Source of the DNA: Squalus acanthias
Lineage: Eukaryota
Reading direction: 5' to 3'
Assembly (NCBI GenBank): GCA_030390025.1
Contig: JASTWF010000036.1
Location: forward strand, 2,232,001 to 2,296,000
Length of the DNA stretch: 64,000 nucleotides
The notes under the pieces are model-generated. The model had not been told where the DNA came from and searched no databases. It saw nothing but the letters and a program-made list of their open reading frames with translations. This document shows, piece after piece, positions 35,237-48,081 of the stretch (within the stretch, counting starts at the first letter, position 1; the number at the start of each line of letters is the position of its first letter). Made by a program: the position numbers and the translations under genes.

Positions 35237-36140
35237 GGGCCAAAACTTCGGCACTTGTCGGGTGAGTACTCACTGTGTACTCACCCGCAAGGCCTCCTGA
35301 AGTGCCGGTTTCCTGCATGCACTGTGCATGCGCGGGAAACCGGAACTTCCGGTCTGGTGAAGGGAGGGGTTCAGAGGTGAACCGCGTGCGCGGGAGAGGC
35401 TGCGCGCACGCAGCAAACTTAGGTTTTTTTTCAGGTTTCTCCGGGAGGGTAAGTATTGAAGAACCTGCGCTTTTAAAAAGGAGAAAAATGAGAAGTCGCA
35501 CAACACCAGGTTATAGTCCAACAGATTTATTTAATTTTACAAGCTTTCGGAGCAGTTCGCTCCTTCGTCAGGTAAGTTTAGCAGTGAGAGAATCTCCCAG
35601 AATTCACAATTTAAACACAGGAGGCGCAGGACCCGTTTTCAACAAGGTAAGTGGTTAATTATATATTTTAAAACATTTTTCAACAGGTTTATCTTTTTTA
35701 GATACTTTAAAGAAAGGTAAGTTTATTTTTAGCACTGTTAAAAAGTATTTTAATTTTTTCAAAAATTTAAATTTTTGTTTAAAGTAGTTAATTTATTTAA
35801 CTTATAGTTATTTTAAAAATGTGATGGTTTTTTAAAAAATTTATTTGAAGTTTAGCTGTTCTTTTGGGGCCGATTTCAATTCACAGATTTGACAGGTCTT
35901 CCTGTCAAATCTATGAATGAAAGATGGTCTGCTGCCATTGGCTCTCCATGGCCCACGTGATCCCAGGGGATGCATCGCACTAACTACGCCCCTGGGATAC
36001 ACAAGCACTGCGCGCCGATACTTGGAGCAGGCCCAGGAGCTGAAGTTCCCGTGGGCCCAGAGGTCAACGGCAGGCGCGGTAGGTAAGTGCGCGCGCGATC
36101 CTTACCCCCGCGGCAAGCCGGAGAGGCGAATTTCTGGGCC
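35237..36140. mobile_element. Harbinger-type MITE
   Basis: TIRs GGGCCAAAACTTCG / CGAATTTCTGGGCC; CpG-rich ends, AT-rich core; contains a family-B Penelope fragment at ~35482-35633. Confidence 0.65.
35537..35575 (-). ncRNA. Minimal type-I hammerhead ribozyme (family B)
   Basis: Reverse complement: TTAC-CTGACGA-A-GGAGC(GAACT)GCTCC-GAAA-GC-TT-GTAA. Confidence 0.82.
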
Positions 36141-36191
36141 ATAACCTGAAAATTCTTACACCATTGAAAACAGGTTCATAGAATTTTTTAA

Positions 36192-37698
36192 TTTTTTTTT
36201 ATTCGCTTATGGGATCTGGGCATCGCTGGCAAGGCCAGCATTTATTGCCCATCCCTAATTGCCCTTGAGAGGGTGGTGGTGAGCCGCCTTCTTGAACCGC
36301 TGCAGTCCGTGTGGTGAAGGTGCTCCCACAGTGCTGTTAGGGAGGGAGTTCCAGGATTTTGACCCAGCGACGATGAAGGATCGGCGATATACTTCTAAGT
36401 CAGGATGGTGTGTGACTTGGAGGGGAGCTTGGAGGTGATGGTGTTCCCATGCGCCTGCTGCCCTTGTCCTTCTTGGTGGAAGAGGTCGCGGGTTTGGGAG
36501 GTGTTGCTGAAGAAGCCTTGGCGAGTTGCTGCAGTGCATCTTGGAGATGGTACACACTGCAGCCACGGTGCGCTGGTGGTGGAGGAATTGAATGTTTAAG
36601 GTGGTGGATGAGGTGCCAATCAAGCGGGTTGCTTTCTCCGGTATGGTGTCGAGCTTCTTGAGTGTTGTTGGGGCTGCACTCATCCAGGCAAGTGGAGAGT
36701 ATTCCATCACACTCCTTACTTGTGCCTTGTAGATGGTGGAAAGGCTTTGGGGAGTCAGGAGGTGAGACACTTGCCGCAGAATACCCAGCCTCTGACCTGC
36801 TCTTGTTGCCACAGTATTTATGTGGCTGGGCAATGGTGACCCCCAGGATGTTGATGGTGGGGGATTCGGCGATGGTAATGCCGTTGAATGTCAAGGGGAG
36901 GTGGTTAGACTCTCGCTTGTTGGAGATAGTCATTGCCTGGCACTTCTGTGGCGCGAATGTTACTTGCCACTTATCAGCCCAAGCCTGAACGTCATCCAGG
37001 TCTTGTTGCATGCGGGCATGGACTGCTTCATTATCTGAGGAGTTGTGAATGGCACTGAACACTGTGCAGTCATCAGCGAACATCCCCATTTCTGACCTTA
37101 TGTTGGAGGGAAGATCATTGATGAAGCAGCTGAAGATGGTTGGGCCTAGAACACTGCCCTGAGAAACTCCTGCAGCGATGTCCTGGGGCTGTGATGATTG
37201 ACCTTCAATCACCACAACCATCTTCCTTTGTGCTAGGTTTGACTACAGCCAGTGGAGAGTTTTCCCCCCGATTCCCATTGACTTCAGTTTTACTAGGGCT
37301 CCTTCATGCCACACTTGGTCAAATGCTGCCTTGATGTCTAGGGCAGTCACTCTCACCTCACCTCTGGAATTCAGGTCCTTTGTCCATGTTTGGACCAAGG
37401 CTGTAATGAGGTCGGGAGCCGAGTGGTCTTGGCGGAACCCAAACTGGGCATCAGTGAGCAGGTTATTGGTGAGTAAGTGCCGCTTGATAGCACTGTCGAC
37501 AACACCTTCCATCACTTTGCTGATGATTGAGAGTAGACTGATGGGGCGGTAATTGGCCAGATTGGATTTGTCCTGCTTTTTGTGGACAGGACATACCTGG
37601 GCAGTTTTCCACATTGTCGGATAGATGCCAGTGTTGTAGCTGTACTGGAACAGCTTGGCTAGAGGCGTGGCTAGTTCTGGAGCACAAGTCTTCAGCAC
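36192..37698 (-). mobile_element. LINE family B, RT-containing 3' part
   Basis: NYRPISLLS, QFGFR, LDIKAAFD, QGSVLGP, FADD; frameshifts; poly(A) tail. Confidence 0.92.
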
Positions 37699-37744
37699 GA
37701 ATTCACAGAATGATGCAGCACAGAAGGACATCATTTGGCCAATG

Positions 37745-37985
37745 TGCCTGTGCCGATTGAGGGATAAATGTTGGCCAGGCACCTGGTGAACTCCTTGCTC
37801 TTCTTCAAATAGTGTCATTGGATCTTTAACATCCACCTGGATAGGCCTCTGTTGGATGTCTCATCTGAAAGACAGAACCTCTGACAGTACAGTGCTCCCT
37901 CAGCACTGAAGGATCGGCTGAGATTATGTGCTGAAGTCCTTCTTCTCAGACGCAAGAGTGCTACTGCAACTCAGCCAATTTGACA
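37745..37985 (-). mobile_element. DeuSINE fragment
   Basis: Diverged match to 22637-23102. Confidence 0.65.
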
Positions 37986-39183
37986 CAGTTTTCCTTTCCT
38001 GGATGGATAAGGCAAGATGGGCTGAACAGCCTCCCTCATTTGCATTTCTCTTGTGATCTTCTAAAATGAGCTCAAGAAAACCTCCAAACTCAGGTTGCTT
38101 TGCTATTGAACACCAGCTAGTGGCAGGAAACCTGTACTGCAGCTCAGCTGAAGCGACTGACCAACGCATAGACAAATATTTATAAAAGTGGGCCCATTTT
38201 AGGCCTGGTGGCTCATTCAGGTTTGACTCCCATGAGGTGCAGCACTGAGAGCTTTTCATTCAGGAAGATTGGGAAGTCATGTAGTTGCCCATTATTGCAT
38301 CTCTCAGCTGAATAGATACTGAAACTGCAATTGTTGCAGCCCATTGGTTCAACAAGCACAGTGTGTCATGTAAGGTGGGACATAGGTTGGTGCCAGCAAT
38401 TTCCTCAACATCACCTCAGGGTGCGGTGGGATGATGGGAGGGTCCAGTTCTGCCTAATTTCCATTTCATTCATCCAGGTATTTCTCATTGGAGCTAGCAA
38501 CACCCATAGTTCCTTCCCATTCTCATTTAAATTGTTATTCACTGGCAAACCTCAATAGAATCTTATCTCCTCCCCACAAGATTTCAGCAAAATGTGCGTC
38601 TCCTATGTGACACTCGTTTTTGCTTCAAATTGAATGAGCATCAGTGGTCTATAATCAATTGAATGCAACCCATAATGAGCGGGTAATTAACAGATGTATT
38701 GGAAAGACTTAACTCTCAGTCTCATTGTGTGAGCATCACAAAGCCTGATTATGAATGACCACAGTCGCAGGATGTTTCATGAGAAGATACTATTCACCTA
38801 CAATTCTTTTGCAGCTTCGCGAATCTGCCCCTATAAACCTTGCAGAGCCTGGCTATCAATGTGTCTGCCCTTTAGAGTCTGACAGCTGCGGCCAAGCAGG
38901 CTGGCGATAGACAACTTGCTGGAGGGCTGGGTTTAGCAGAGATTCGATAAGAAGTGGTATTCCCTCAAGTACAGAGGATTAAGGAGGTGATCTAATTAAG
39001 GTGTTTAGGATGATTAAAGGAGTTGATAGGGTAGATAGAAATAAACGGGGCGATTTTCGACGGCTCCTTCAGGCGCTAAAGAGTCTCCGAGGTGGCCAAG
39101 GTGGGGTCTTGAGTTGAAACACCGGTTTAGCCCACATTTAGCGCAAGACGTCATCTTGGTAAAGGAGTTGAAGCTTGTGCTTG

Positions 39184-39769
39184 GAACATAAGAATGTAAG
39201 AAATAGGAGCAGGTGTAGGCCATTTGGCCCTTCGAGCCTGCTCCGCCATTCAATAAGATCATGGCTGATCTTCTACCTCATCTCCACTTTCCTGCACTAT
39301 CCCCATATCCCTTGATTCCCTTAATATTCAAAAATCTATCGATCTCTGTCTTGAATATACTCAACGACTGAGCCTCCACAGCTCTCTGGGGCAGAGAATT
39401 CCAAAGATTCACCACCCTCTGAGTGAAGAAATTTCTCCTCATCTCAGTCCTAAATGGCCGACCCCTTATCCTGAGACTGTGACCTCTGGTTCTAGACTCC
39501 CCAGCCAGGGGAAACATCCTCCCTGCATCTACCCTGTCAAGCCCTGTAAGAATTTTGTATGTTTCAATCAGATCACCTCTCATTCTTCTAAACTCTAGAG
39601 AATATAGGCCTAGTCTACTCAATCTGTCCTCATAGGACAATCCCCCCATCCCAGGAACCAGTCTGGGGAACCTTTGTTGCACTCCCTCTATGGCAAGTAT
39701 ATCATTCCTTAGGTAAGGAGACCAAAACTGTACACAATACTCCAGGTGTGGTCTCACCAGGGCCCTATA
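39184..39769 (-). mobile_element. CR1 3' fragment
   Basis: ORF 39278-39757 [16 protein letters not shown]...KGIKGYG; CR1 tail. Confidence 0.92.
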
Positions 39770-40236
39770 GAACGGCCACCCAGAGGATCGTTAAGGGGCT
39801 GATTGGCACTTAAATTGCCTGCTGGCGCTCATTAACGAGGCTACACGGCATTTTGGTGCCTAGCACCTGACCTAACGCCCTCTCTAACAGCGACCAGCTG
39901 ATTGGGAGTAAACAGGTCGTTGCTGAGGATTTCGAACACTACTTAAAGGTATATCACCTTTTACTGTTCACTTGCTGCTGGAGGTTTGAAGAGGACTTTT
40001 GAAACACTTTGTCAAGACTTCACCAACACTCTATCAACATTAATGCTGGAAATTCTCTGAGGACTTCACCTAAAATGAGTAAGTGCTGTGCTACTCTGCT
40101 TTATAGGAGTCACCAGGAGAAAGGGAGTGCTTGGTCATGGGCATCTTGCTTGGGATCCCCCTTGATCTGCAGGAGGAATGGGAGGAGGACATGAGACCAG
40201 GCGGAGCAGCACCAGCTGCTGCAGGAGAGAGGGACA

Positions 40237-40530
40237 ACAACAACAACAACTTGTATTTATATAATGCCTTTAACATAGTAAAACTAAGGCGCATTTGACA
40301 CCGAGCCACATAAGGAGATATTAGGGCAGGTGACCAAAAGCTTGGTCAAAGAGGTAGGTTTTAAGGAGCATCTTAAAGGAGGAAAGAGAGGTAGCGAGGC
40401 GGAGAGGTTTAGGGAGGGAATTCCAGAGCTTCGGGCCCAGGCAGCTGAAGGCACGGCCACCAAAGGTTGAGCGATTAAAATCAGGGATGCTCAAGAGGGC
40501 AGAATTAGAGGAGCGCAGATATCTCGGGGG

Positions 40531-40563
<33 letters not shown>

Positions 40564-40649
40564 GTGGTTGTGGCGCTGAAGGAGATTACAGAGATAGGAA
40601 GGAGCGAGGCCATGGAGGGATTTGAAAACATGGATGAGAATTTTGACAG
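40237..40649 (-). mobile_element. L2 3' fragment with poly-G tract
   Basis: KILIHVFKSLHGLAPSYL...GGRAFS..GPKLWNSLP; (TTG)n tail; GAGGGACA on both sides. Confidence 0.85.
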
Positions 40650-40872
40650 GAGGGACAGGATGGTGAGGTGGACTCCGTCCTCCCTGCGGGTCCAGGTCAT
40701 CCCTCCTTCTCTGGACCTCCTCCACCAGGACCTCCAGTGCCGTGTCCGAGAACCTGTGCACCCTCTATAAGCATCGGAGCAGGCCCCAAGGATTTGTATG
40801 ATTGTTACCAGCAGTCTGTTTGGCCCAGTGGTAGGGGCATGGTGCAGTTGGACCTAGAAGCACAGACACACC

Positions 40873-42040
40873 TGAGAGTTTCAATTTAACTATGGAAAAG
40901 ACATTTGCTTTGGACAATGAACGTCTCGATAGGTGATTTAACTGTGAATAAGTGATTTAACTTTGGACAATGAGACTTCGTGTTTTAACGGGTTTCGATG
41001 GATCTTCAATTGGATGAGACAACGATGCCAGTTTCGCTGGAACAATGGACTTCCTGGCCTCAATGAAAAACACTTTAACCTTGGGCAAAACACTTCACCT
41101 GACGAAGGAGCAGTCGCTCCGAAAGCTTGTGATTTCAAATAAAACTGTTGGACTATAACCTGGTGTTGTGCGACTTCTCACTTTTAAAACACATCAGCAG
41201 TAAGACTAAATCACATCAAATATGTACCACAGGGAGGGGGAGACAAGATAAGGAATTGTCTTCCATCCCCCAGCCCTGTACATGTCCTGTGGTTTGGATT
41301 ACTGGGTGTGGATTGGAATACAAGAGTTGGGGGAAGGCCCAGACCCGAAAAGGCGGGAACCAGACAAAGAAGGGTGATTTAAAAGACATCACTGCAATAC
41401 ACAGACTTTAATCAACACTTAGGGTATACAGAGAAGGCAGCTTTGGCCATTTTCTCTCTCTCTCTCTCTCTCTCTCACTTGCTCTAAACCACCACGAGCG
41501 ACAAGAGCCTCGCCTTGCTCTTCGACTGTAGGAACAAACCTCGAAACTGGGACTTGATACTGCATCGGCGATACGGAACCAGGGGACACGTTCTACACAG
41601 GGAAGCAGCGAGCAAGAAAACGGACAATCGGGGTGAGCATTGTCCAAGCCCACGCATCCTTAAGACCACCGGTACTGTGTGAGGGGGTGTTGTGTGCCCC
41701 AACCAAGCCAGAGGGGTTTAGTGGGGAGGTTCTGTGTGTATTATATAGTGTATGTTCCCGGGTTTGTTATACTCTGTATAGCAACACAGTGTGATTTTAG
41801 GCGTCTTAATACGAGACAGGGGCCTGTTCGACGGGCCAAGTTGTATTGTTGTACTGTTTGTTTTACGCCACCAGGCATTTTACGTACTGGAGGCGGGTGT
41901 GTGTGTTAACCTTATTGAACACCGTACAGTTGAGTCTGAAAAGCTTGTCTGTCCCAATCCTGTTCACCGTAATTCCTGTTGTCTAGAACTAAGTAGGAGG
42001 GGTGATTCGAACCACCAAAGCAGACCACCTACACCTCTCA
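40873..42040 (+). mobile_element. Probable solo LTR (~1.1 kb)
   Basis: Terminal inverted TGAGAG...CTCTCA, TATA-like GGGTATACA at ~41422 followed by (CT)n; TSD not convincing. Confidence 0.45.
41095..41132 (+). ncRNA. Minimal type-I hammerhead ribozyme (family B) within a 92-bp insertion (41094-41185)
   Basis: TCAC-CTGACGA-A-GGAGC(AGTC)GCTCC-GAAA-GC-TT-GTGA, all stems perfect; AAAACAC repeated at 41087-41093 and 41186-41192. Confidence 0.85.
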
Positions 42041-42813
42041 CTCGGTCCCTGAGCCATCCTGAAACCTGCCGCTGTGTGTCTGCCTGCCCGTTCCACACCT
42101 TCAGTGGGAGTGGGTGTGAGGAGCCCACATTTACTGCTCCACGAAAATTGTGTCTAATTCGCGCTTGATTGCTAAACCTGCAGGTGTCTGGTTTAGCGCC
42201 TCCAGGCAAGTTCAAATTATGGTAATCAGCAACTAGGACCAAAATTGCGTGCTAAAACCAGACTTTCAAACAGGCGTGTCTTACTAGCACAGCACCCATT
42301 TGAGCGCCTGTTTTCACCATTTCACCAAAATAATCCCCAAATTATTTCCTCTGGTGGGGGTGTCCTGAACAAACGGCCATACCTTAAAATTAGAGCCAGG
42401 CCGTTCAGAGGTGATGTCAGGAAGGACTTCTTCACACAAAGGGCAGTGAGAATCTGGAACTCTCCCCAAAAAGCTGTTGAGGCTGGAAGTCAACTGAAAA
42501 TGTCAAAACTGAGAAAGGATTATGGAACCAAGACGGGTAGATGGAGTTAAGATACAGATCAGCCATGGTCTAATTGAATGGCGGAACAGGCTCGAGGGGC
42601 TGAATGGCCTCCTCCTGTTCCTGTGTTCCTAAGATGTGCAAAAGGAAAGCAAGGAAGAGACCTGGAAAATTTTAGACAGGTAGAACGATGGGATTCAGAG
42701 GTTGTGAATCCAAACAGAGTCAGGTAGGTATGTCATAACAAAATAGAATCAGCTCTGCATAGGTCAGTGGATGTGTCTAAACACGAGACATTTGTTAAAA
42801 AAAGCAATAAAAG

Positions 42814-43361
42814 TGTCAGCTTGTCTCAGTGGGTAGCACTCTCACCTCTGAGTCAGAAGGTTGTGGGTTCAAGTCCCACTCCAGGGACGAGAGCACACAA
42901 TCCAGGCTGACACTCCCAGCACAGTGCTGAGGGAGTGCTGCACTGTCGGAGGTGCCGTCTTTCAGATGAGACATTAAACCGAGGCCCCGTCTGCCTGTTC
43001 AGGTGGACATAAAAGATCCTGCGCCACTATTTCGAAGAGGAGCAGGGGAGTTAGCCCTGGTGTCCTGGCCAACGCTATAAGAAGTTATCCGGTTGTTTGT
43101 CTCATTGCTTGTTGGGATCTTGCTGTGCACAAATAGGCTGCTGTATTTGTTGACAGAAACAACAGTGACTACACTTCAAAAATAATTAATTGGTGGGGAG
43201 GTGCTTTGGGACATCCTGAGCACGTGAAGGGTGATTTTATAAAAGAAATTTCCTACATTACAACAGTGACCACACTTCAAAAGTACTTCATTGGCTGTAA
43301 AGCGCTTTGGGACGTCCTGAGGTCGTGAAAGGCGCTATAGAAATGCAAGTCTTTCTTTCTT
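42814..43361 (+). mobile_element. DeuSINE with a second 3' tail
   Basis: tRNA head, Deu domain; tail segment repeated at 43248-43361. Confidence 0.88.
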
Positions 43362-43516
43362 TAAAAGCAATTCATGAAATGCCGTATTATGGGATGCCAG
43401 CAGAGGGTAAAAAAACATTTGAAGACTGGCAGCGATGTCTTGTGTTTGCTGCAGTCTCAGGTCATAGTGAATTGAGTCCATTTGTTTAATTCATTCCCAA
43501 CAGATGGAATTGAGAA

Positions 43517-43603
43517 ATAACAACAGAAAACGCTGGAAAAACTCAGCAGGCCAGGCAACATCCATGGAGAGAGAAAGAGAGTTAACGTTTCAGGTCGAAA
43601 CCC
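43517..43603 (-). mobile_element. Penelope family A pLTR fragment
   Basis: Reverse complement of 30485-30570, including half of the hammerhead. Confidence 0.7.
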
Positions 43604-43812
43604 ATTCTCCAAGGAAGGCATTGGATAGTAATATTCATAAGATGGATATTATCCATAATATAGATGAGGAAGCCCACTTAGTCTATCTTAGCATTTAACT
43701 GTTTTTAAAAAAATGATTCCAAACTATTTTGCTTTGACCAAGGAATTCCAGACTTCAATCCTAAATTAGGATCTGTCTACTTTGAACCTCTGCCTCCTTA
43801 TCCTGTTGTCAT

Positions 43813-45514
43813 AGCGTTTGCAACCATCTTCAGCCAGAAGTGCCGAGTGGATGATCCATATCAGCCTCCTCCTGCGGTCCCCACCATCACAGAAGCCAGT
43901 CTTCAGCCAATTCGATTCACTCCACGTGATATCAAGAAACGGCTGAGTGCACTGGATACAGCAAAGGCTATGGGCCCCGACAACATCCCGGCTATCGCGC
44001 TGAAGACTTGTGCTCCAGAACTAGCCGCGCCTCTAGCCAAGCTGTTCCAGTACAGCTACAACACTGGCATCTATCCGACAATGTGGAAAACTGCCCAGGC
44101 ATGTCCTGTCAACAAAAAGCAGGACAAATCCAATCCGGCCAATTACCGCTCCATCAGTCTACTCTCAATCATCAGCAAAGTGATTGAAGGTGTCATCGAC
44201 AGTGTTATCAAGCGGCACTTACTCACCAATAACCTGCTCACTGATGCCCAGTTTGGGTTCTGCCAAGACCGCTCGGCTCCCGGCCTCATTACAGCCTTGG
44301 TCCAAACATGAACTCCAGAGGTGAGGTGAGAGTGACTGCCCTAGACATCAAGGCACCATTTGACCAAGTGTGGCATGAAGGAGCCCGAGTAAAACTGAAG
44401 TCAATGGGAATCGGCGGGGGGGGGAAATCTCTCCACTGGCTGGAGTCATACCCAGCACAAAGGAAGATGGTTGTGGTGATTGAAGGTCAATCATCACAGC
44501 CCCAGGACATCGCTGCAGGAGTTCCTCAGGGCAGTGTCCTAGGCCCAACCATCTTCAGCTGCTTCATCAATGACCTTCCCTCCAACATAAGGTCAGAAAT
44601 GGGGATGTTCGCTGATGACTGCACAGTGTTCAGTGCCATTCACAACTCCTCAGATAATGAAGCAGTCCATGCCCGCATGCAACAAGACCTGGACGACGTT
44701 CAGGCTTGGGCTGATAAGTGGCAGGTAACATTTGCGCCACAGAAGTGCCAGGCAATGACTATCTCCAACAAGCGAGAGTCTAACCACTGCCCCTTGACAT
44801 TTAATGGCATTACCATCGCCGAATCCCCCACCATCAACATCCTGGAGGTCACCATTGACCAGAAACTTAACTGGACCAGCCACATAAATACTGTGGCAAC
44901 AAGAGCAGGTCAGAGGCTAGATATTCTGTGGCGAGTGTCTCACCTCCTGACACCCCAAAGCCTTTCTACCATCTACAAGGCACAAGTAAGGAGTGTGATG
45001 GAATACTCTCCACTTGCCTGGATGAGTGCAGCTCCAACAACACTCAAGAAGCTCGACACCATCCAGGACAAAGCAGCCCACTTGATTGACACCCCATCCA
45101 CCACCTTAAACATTCATTCCCTCCACCACCGGCATACCATGGCTGCAGTGTGTACCATCTACAAGATGCACTGCAGCAACTTGCCAAAGCTTCTTCAGCA
45201 GCACCTCCCAAACCCGTGACCTCTACCACCTAGAAGGACAAGGGCAGCAGGTGCATGGGAACACCACCACCTCCAAGTTCCCCTCCAAGTCACACACCAT
45301 CCTGACTTAGAATTATATCGTTGATCCTTCATCGTCGCTGGGTCAAAATCCTAGAACTCCCTCCCTAACAGCACTGTGGGAGTACCTTCACCACACAGAC
45401 TGCAGCGGTTCAAGAAGGCGGCTCACCACCACCTTCTCAAGGGCAATTAGGGATAGGCAATAAATGCTGGCCTTGCCAGCGATACCCACATCCCATAAAA
45501 AACAAATAAAAAAA
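43813..45514 (+). mobile_element. LINE family B, RT-containing 3' part
   Basis: ORFs 43847-44311 and 44308-45219 with RT motifs ([20 protein letters not shown]); A-rich tail. Confidence 0.93.
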
Positions 45515-46347
45515 CTCGAAGAGCAGTGTTCACCACATAACATTTCGATAATGTTTCCTATCTTACATACCGCTCTTCCCATAGAGCCTGGTCATCTGAT
45601 AAATGACAATCAATTGGAGTTCCAACATGGATCCTTGGGGCACTTGACTCTGTATTCCTCTCTTCCCCCTCACCTCAACATCACTCCCCCTTAACAAGTA
45701 CCCGGTTAAGTATTCAATCTTGTGCAACAGACTTTGGCGGAACCAGGCAATACCACAATGGCAGTGTGTAATGAGAGTCATCCTAGGGACCCCCACAGAA
45801 CATGCCCACCGCCCAACTAAAGGACCAAAATGAGCAGCAGTGGCATGCCACCCAAGTTGACCATACCTGCCACCACCTTGAAACAAGGTCGGGGAAAGTA
45901 TGGACCCCATCTAGCTGACCCCTCACCCCCAGCCACTGCGAACCAAATATCCTCGAAATGTGACCCAATCTTCTTTCACTCCTAGCATCACTTTTCCAGG
46001 TACCCATTTGTAATTTTGTCCGAAACTGTGCCGATTGCTCTCCAGTATAAACTTCCACATATTTTTCCATGAAACAGTAAACCAGACACAGAGAAGGCCG
46101 GGACCAAATGATTTATGGAATAAACCATTAAGTGCCCACAGCTCTAACTTGCCAAAACCATCAGTTATATCAGCTGTAACATGAGCACTTTAGTTTCTGT
46201 ATGCCGCTGGTTCTCCGTGTGAATTCTAGCTATTCAATATGTACAGCGCCCCATGTGAATTCTAGATACACATTATATACAGTCCCCAAAGTATATTCTA
46301 GCTATTCAATATGTAGTCCCCAATATAAATCTTAATGTTAAACAGTA

Positions 46348-46506
46348 AGGTAAATTTTGCAAGGCCCTGTCCTGTGCTTCTGCTGGGGCCTTTCACACAG
46401 CCAGTGCATGTCAGAAAATTGTGGGAGTGCTGTCTGCAATTTTCCAATACGCACTGCTTGTGTGTGGAGGCCCTACCAGTGGCACAGGGCCTAGTAGAAT
46501 TTGCCC
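46348..46506. mobile_element. Small fold-back MITE
   Basis: Imperfect 23-bp TIRs AGGTAAATTTTGCAAGGCCCTGT / ACAGGGCCTAGTAGAATTTGCCC. Confidence 0.55.
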
Positions 46507-46634
46507 GAGTATGTACACAGTGCCCAGTGCATACATGCCAACCTAAATAACCAGCAAAACCTGACTAACCATTTCAAAAAGTCCACCCAGGCCCTCAAAG
46601 ATAGCTGAAGAATGGTCTGATTATAAAGAAATTA

Positions 46635-47110
46635 AGAACTTGCATCTTTATGGCCTCAGGATGTCCCAAAGTGCTTTACAGCCAATGAAGTATTTTTGAA
46701 GTGTAATCATTGCTGTAATGTAATTTTTGAAGTGTAGTCAGTGTTGTAATGTAGGAAATGCAGCAGCCAATTTGCACACAGCAAGCTCCCACAAACAGCA
46801 ATGTGATAAATGACCAGATAATCAGTGATGTTGGTTGAGGGACAAGTATTGGCCTGAACACTGGGGAGAACTCCCCTGCTCTTCTTCGAAATAGTGGCCA
46901 TGGGATCTTTTACGTCCACCTGAGAGAGCAGACGGGGCCTCGGTTTAACGTCTCATCCAAAAGACGGCACCTCCGACGGTGCAGCACTCCCTCAGCACTG
47001 CACTGGGAGCGTCAGCCTAGATTTTATGCTCAAGTCTCTGGAGTGGGACTTTCAACCCATGAACTTCGGACTCAAAGGCGAGAGTGCTACCCACTGAGCC
47101 AAACCTGACA
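46635..47110 (-). mobile_element. DeuSINE (SacSINE1-like)
   Basis: Close match to 22637-23102. Confidence 0.9.
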
Positions 47111-47539
47111 TCTTCTGAACTTCTGAAATGTGAAAACGAGTGGATACATGGGCTGTACACTTAAGCTGCAGGTATATCCTACCTCCTGCGACTAAAGGAA
47201 GTGATTCCGGCCTTGCACACCATGGGAGGGAAGTCTCCTGAGAACTGAAATTCCCACCTACAGCATGCTGCGCGCAGAATCACTTTCATTAGTAGCAGGA
47301 CTTGGGTAGAAGTGGGACTGAGGGGAGAGGAGCTCAATCAGTAAACCACTAACCATCAACAAGAAGCATGTATGTCGATGTGTATTCGAGTTTTATTATG
47401 GATACACAGTCCATATATATTCTTGCTTTGCTATATTTCTATCGATATCTCTAATCGTCATATCTATATCATCATATCTATATATCAAATGTATATCTAT
47501 ACATACATATATATATTTCCCCTTGTGCATTTTTGTTTT

Positions 47540-48081
47540 ACTGCGTGCAGTTCTGGTCACCACATTACAGGAAGGATGTGATTGCAGTCGAGCGGGTGCA
47601 GAGGAGATTTACGAGGATGTTGCCTGGGCTGGGAAATTTTAGCTATGAGGAAAGATTGGACAGGCTGGGGTTGTTTTCTTTGGAACAGAGGAGGCTGAGG
47701 GGAGACCTTATTGAGGTGTATAAAATTATGAGGGGCCGAGATAGAGTGGATAGGAAGGACCTATTTCCCTTAGCAGAGAGGTCAATAACCAGGGGACATA
47801 GATTTAAAGTAATTGGTCGAAGGATTAGAGGGGAGTTGAGGAGAAATGTTTTCACCCAGAGGGTGGTGGGGGTCTGGAACTCACTGCCTGAAAGGGTGGT
47901 AGAGGCAGAAACCCTCATCACATTTAAAAAGTACTTGGATATGCACTTGAAGTGCCGTAACCTACAGGGCCACGGACCAAGAGCTGGAAAGTGGGATTAG
48001 GCTGGGATAGCTCTTTGTCGGCCGGCATGGACACGATGGGCCAAATGGCCTCCTTCTGTGCCGTAAATTTCTATGATTCTA
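47540..48081 (+). mobile_element. CR1 3' fragment
   Basis: ORF 47533-48000 ([13 protein letters not shown]...GKWD*); tail interrupted by MITE M1. Confidence 0.92.

Larger units (their letters stand above)
39047..42338. mobile_element. Defective Harbinger element inserted in a CR1 fragment (38957-39046 + 42339-42630)
   Basis: Ends GGGGCGATTTT / AAAATAATCCCC; Myb remnant on - at 40650-40765 (HRFSDTALEVLVEEVQRRRDDL); flanking CR1 is collinear across it. Confidence 0.7.

Noticed and set aside
40526..40562. Poly-G tract (also poly-C at ~55687-55708) giving poly-Pro/Gly ORFs
   Set aside because: Simple homopolymers of uncertain length; the first lies inside an L2.
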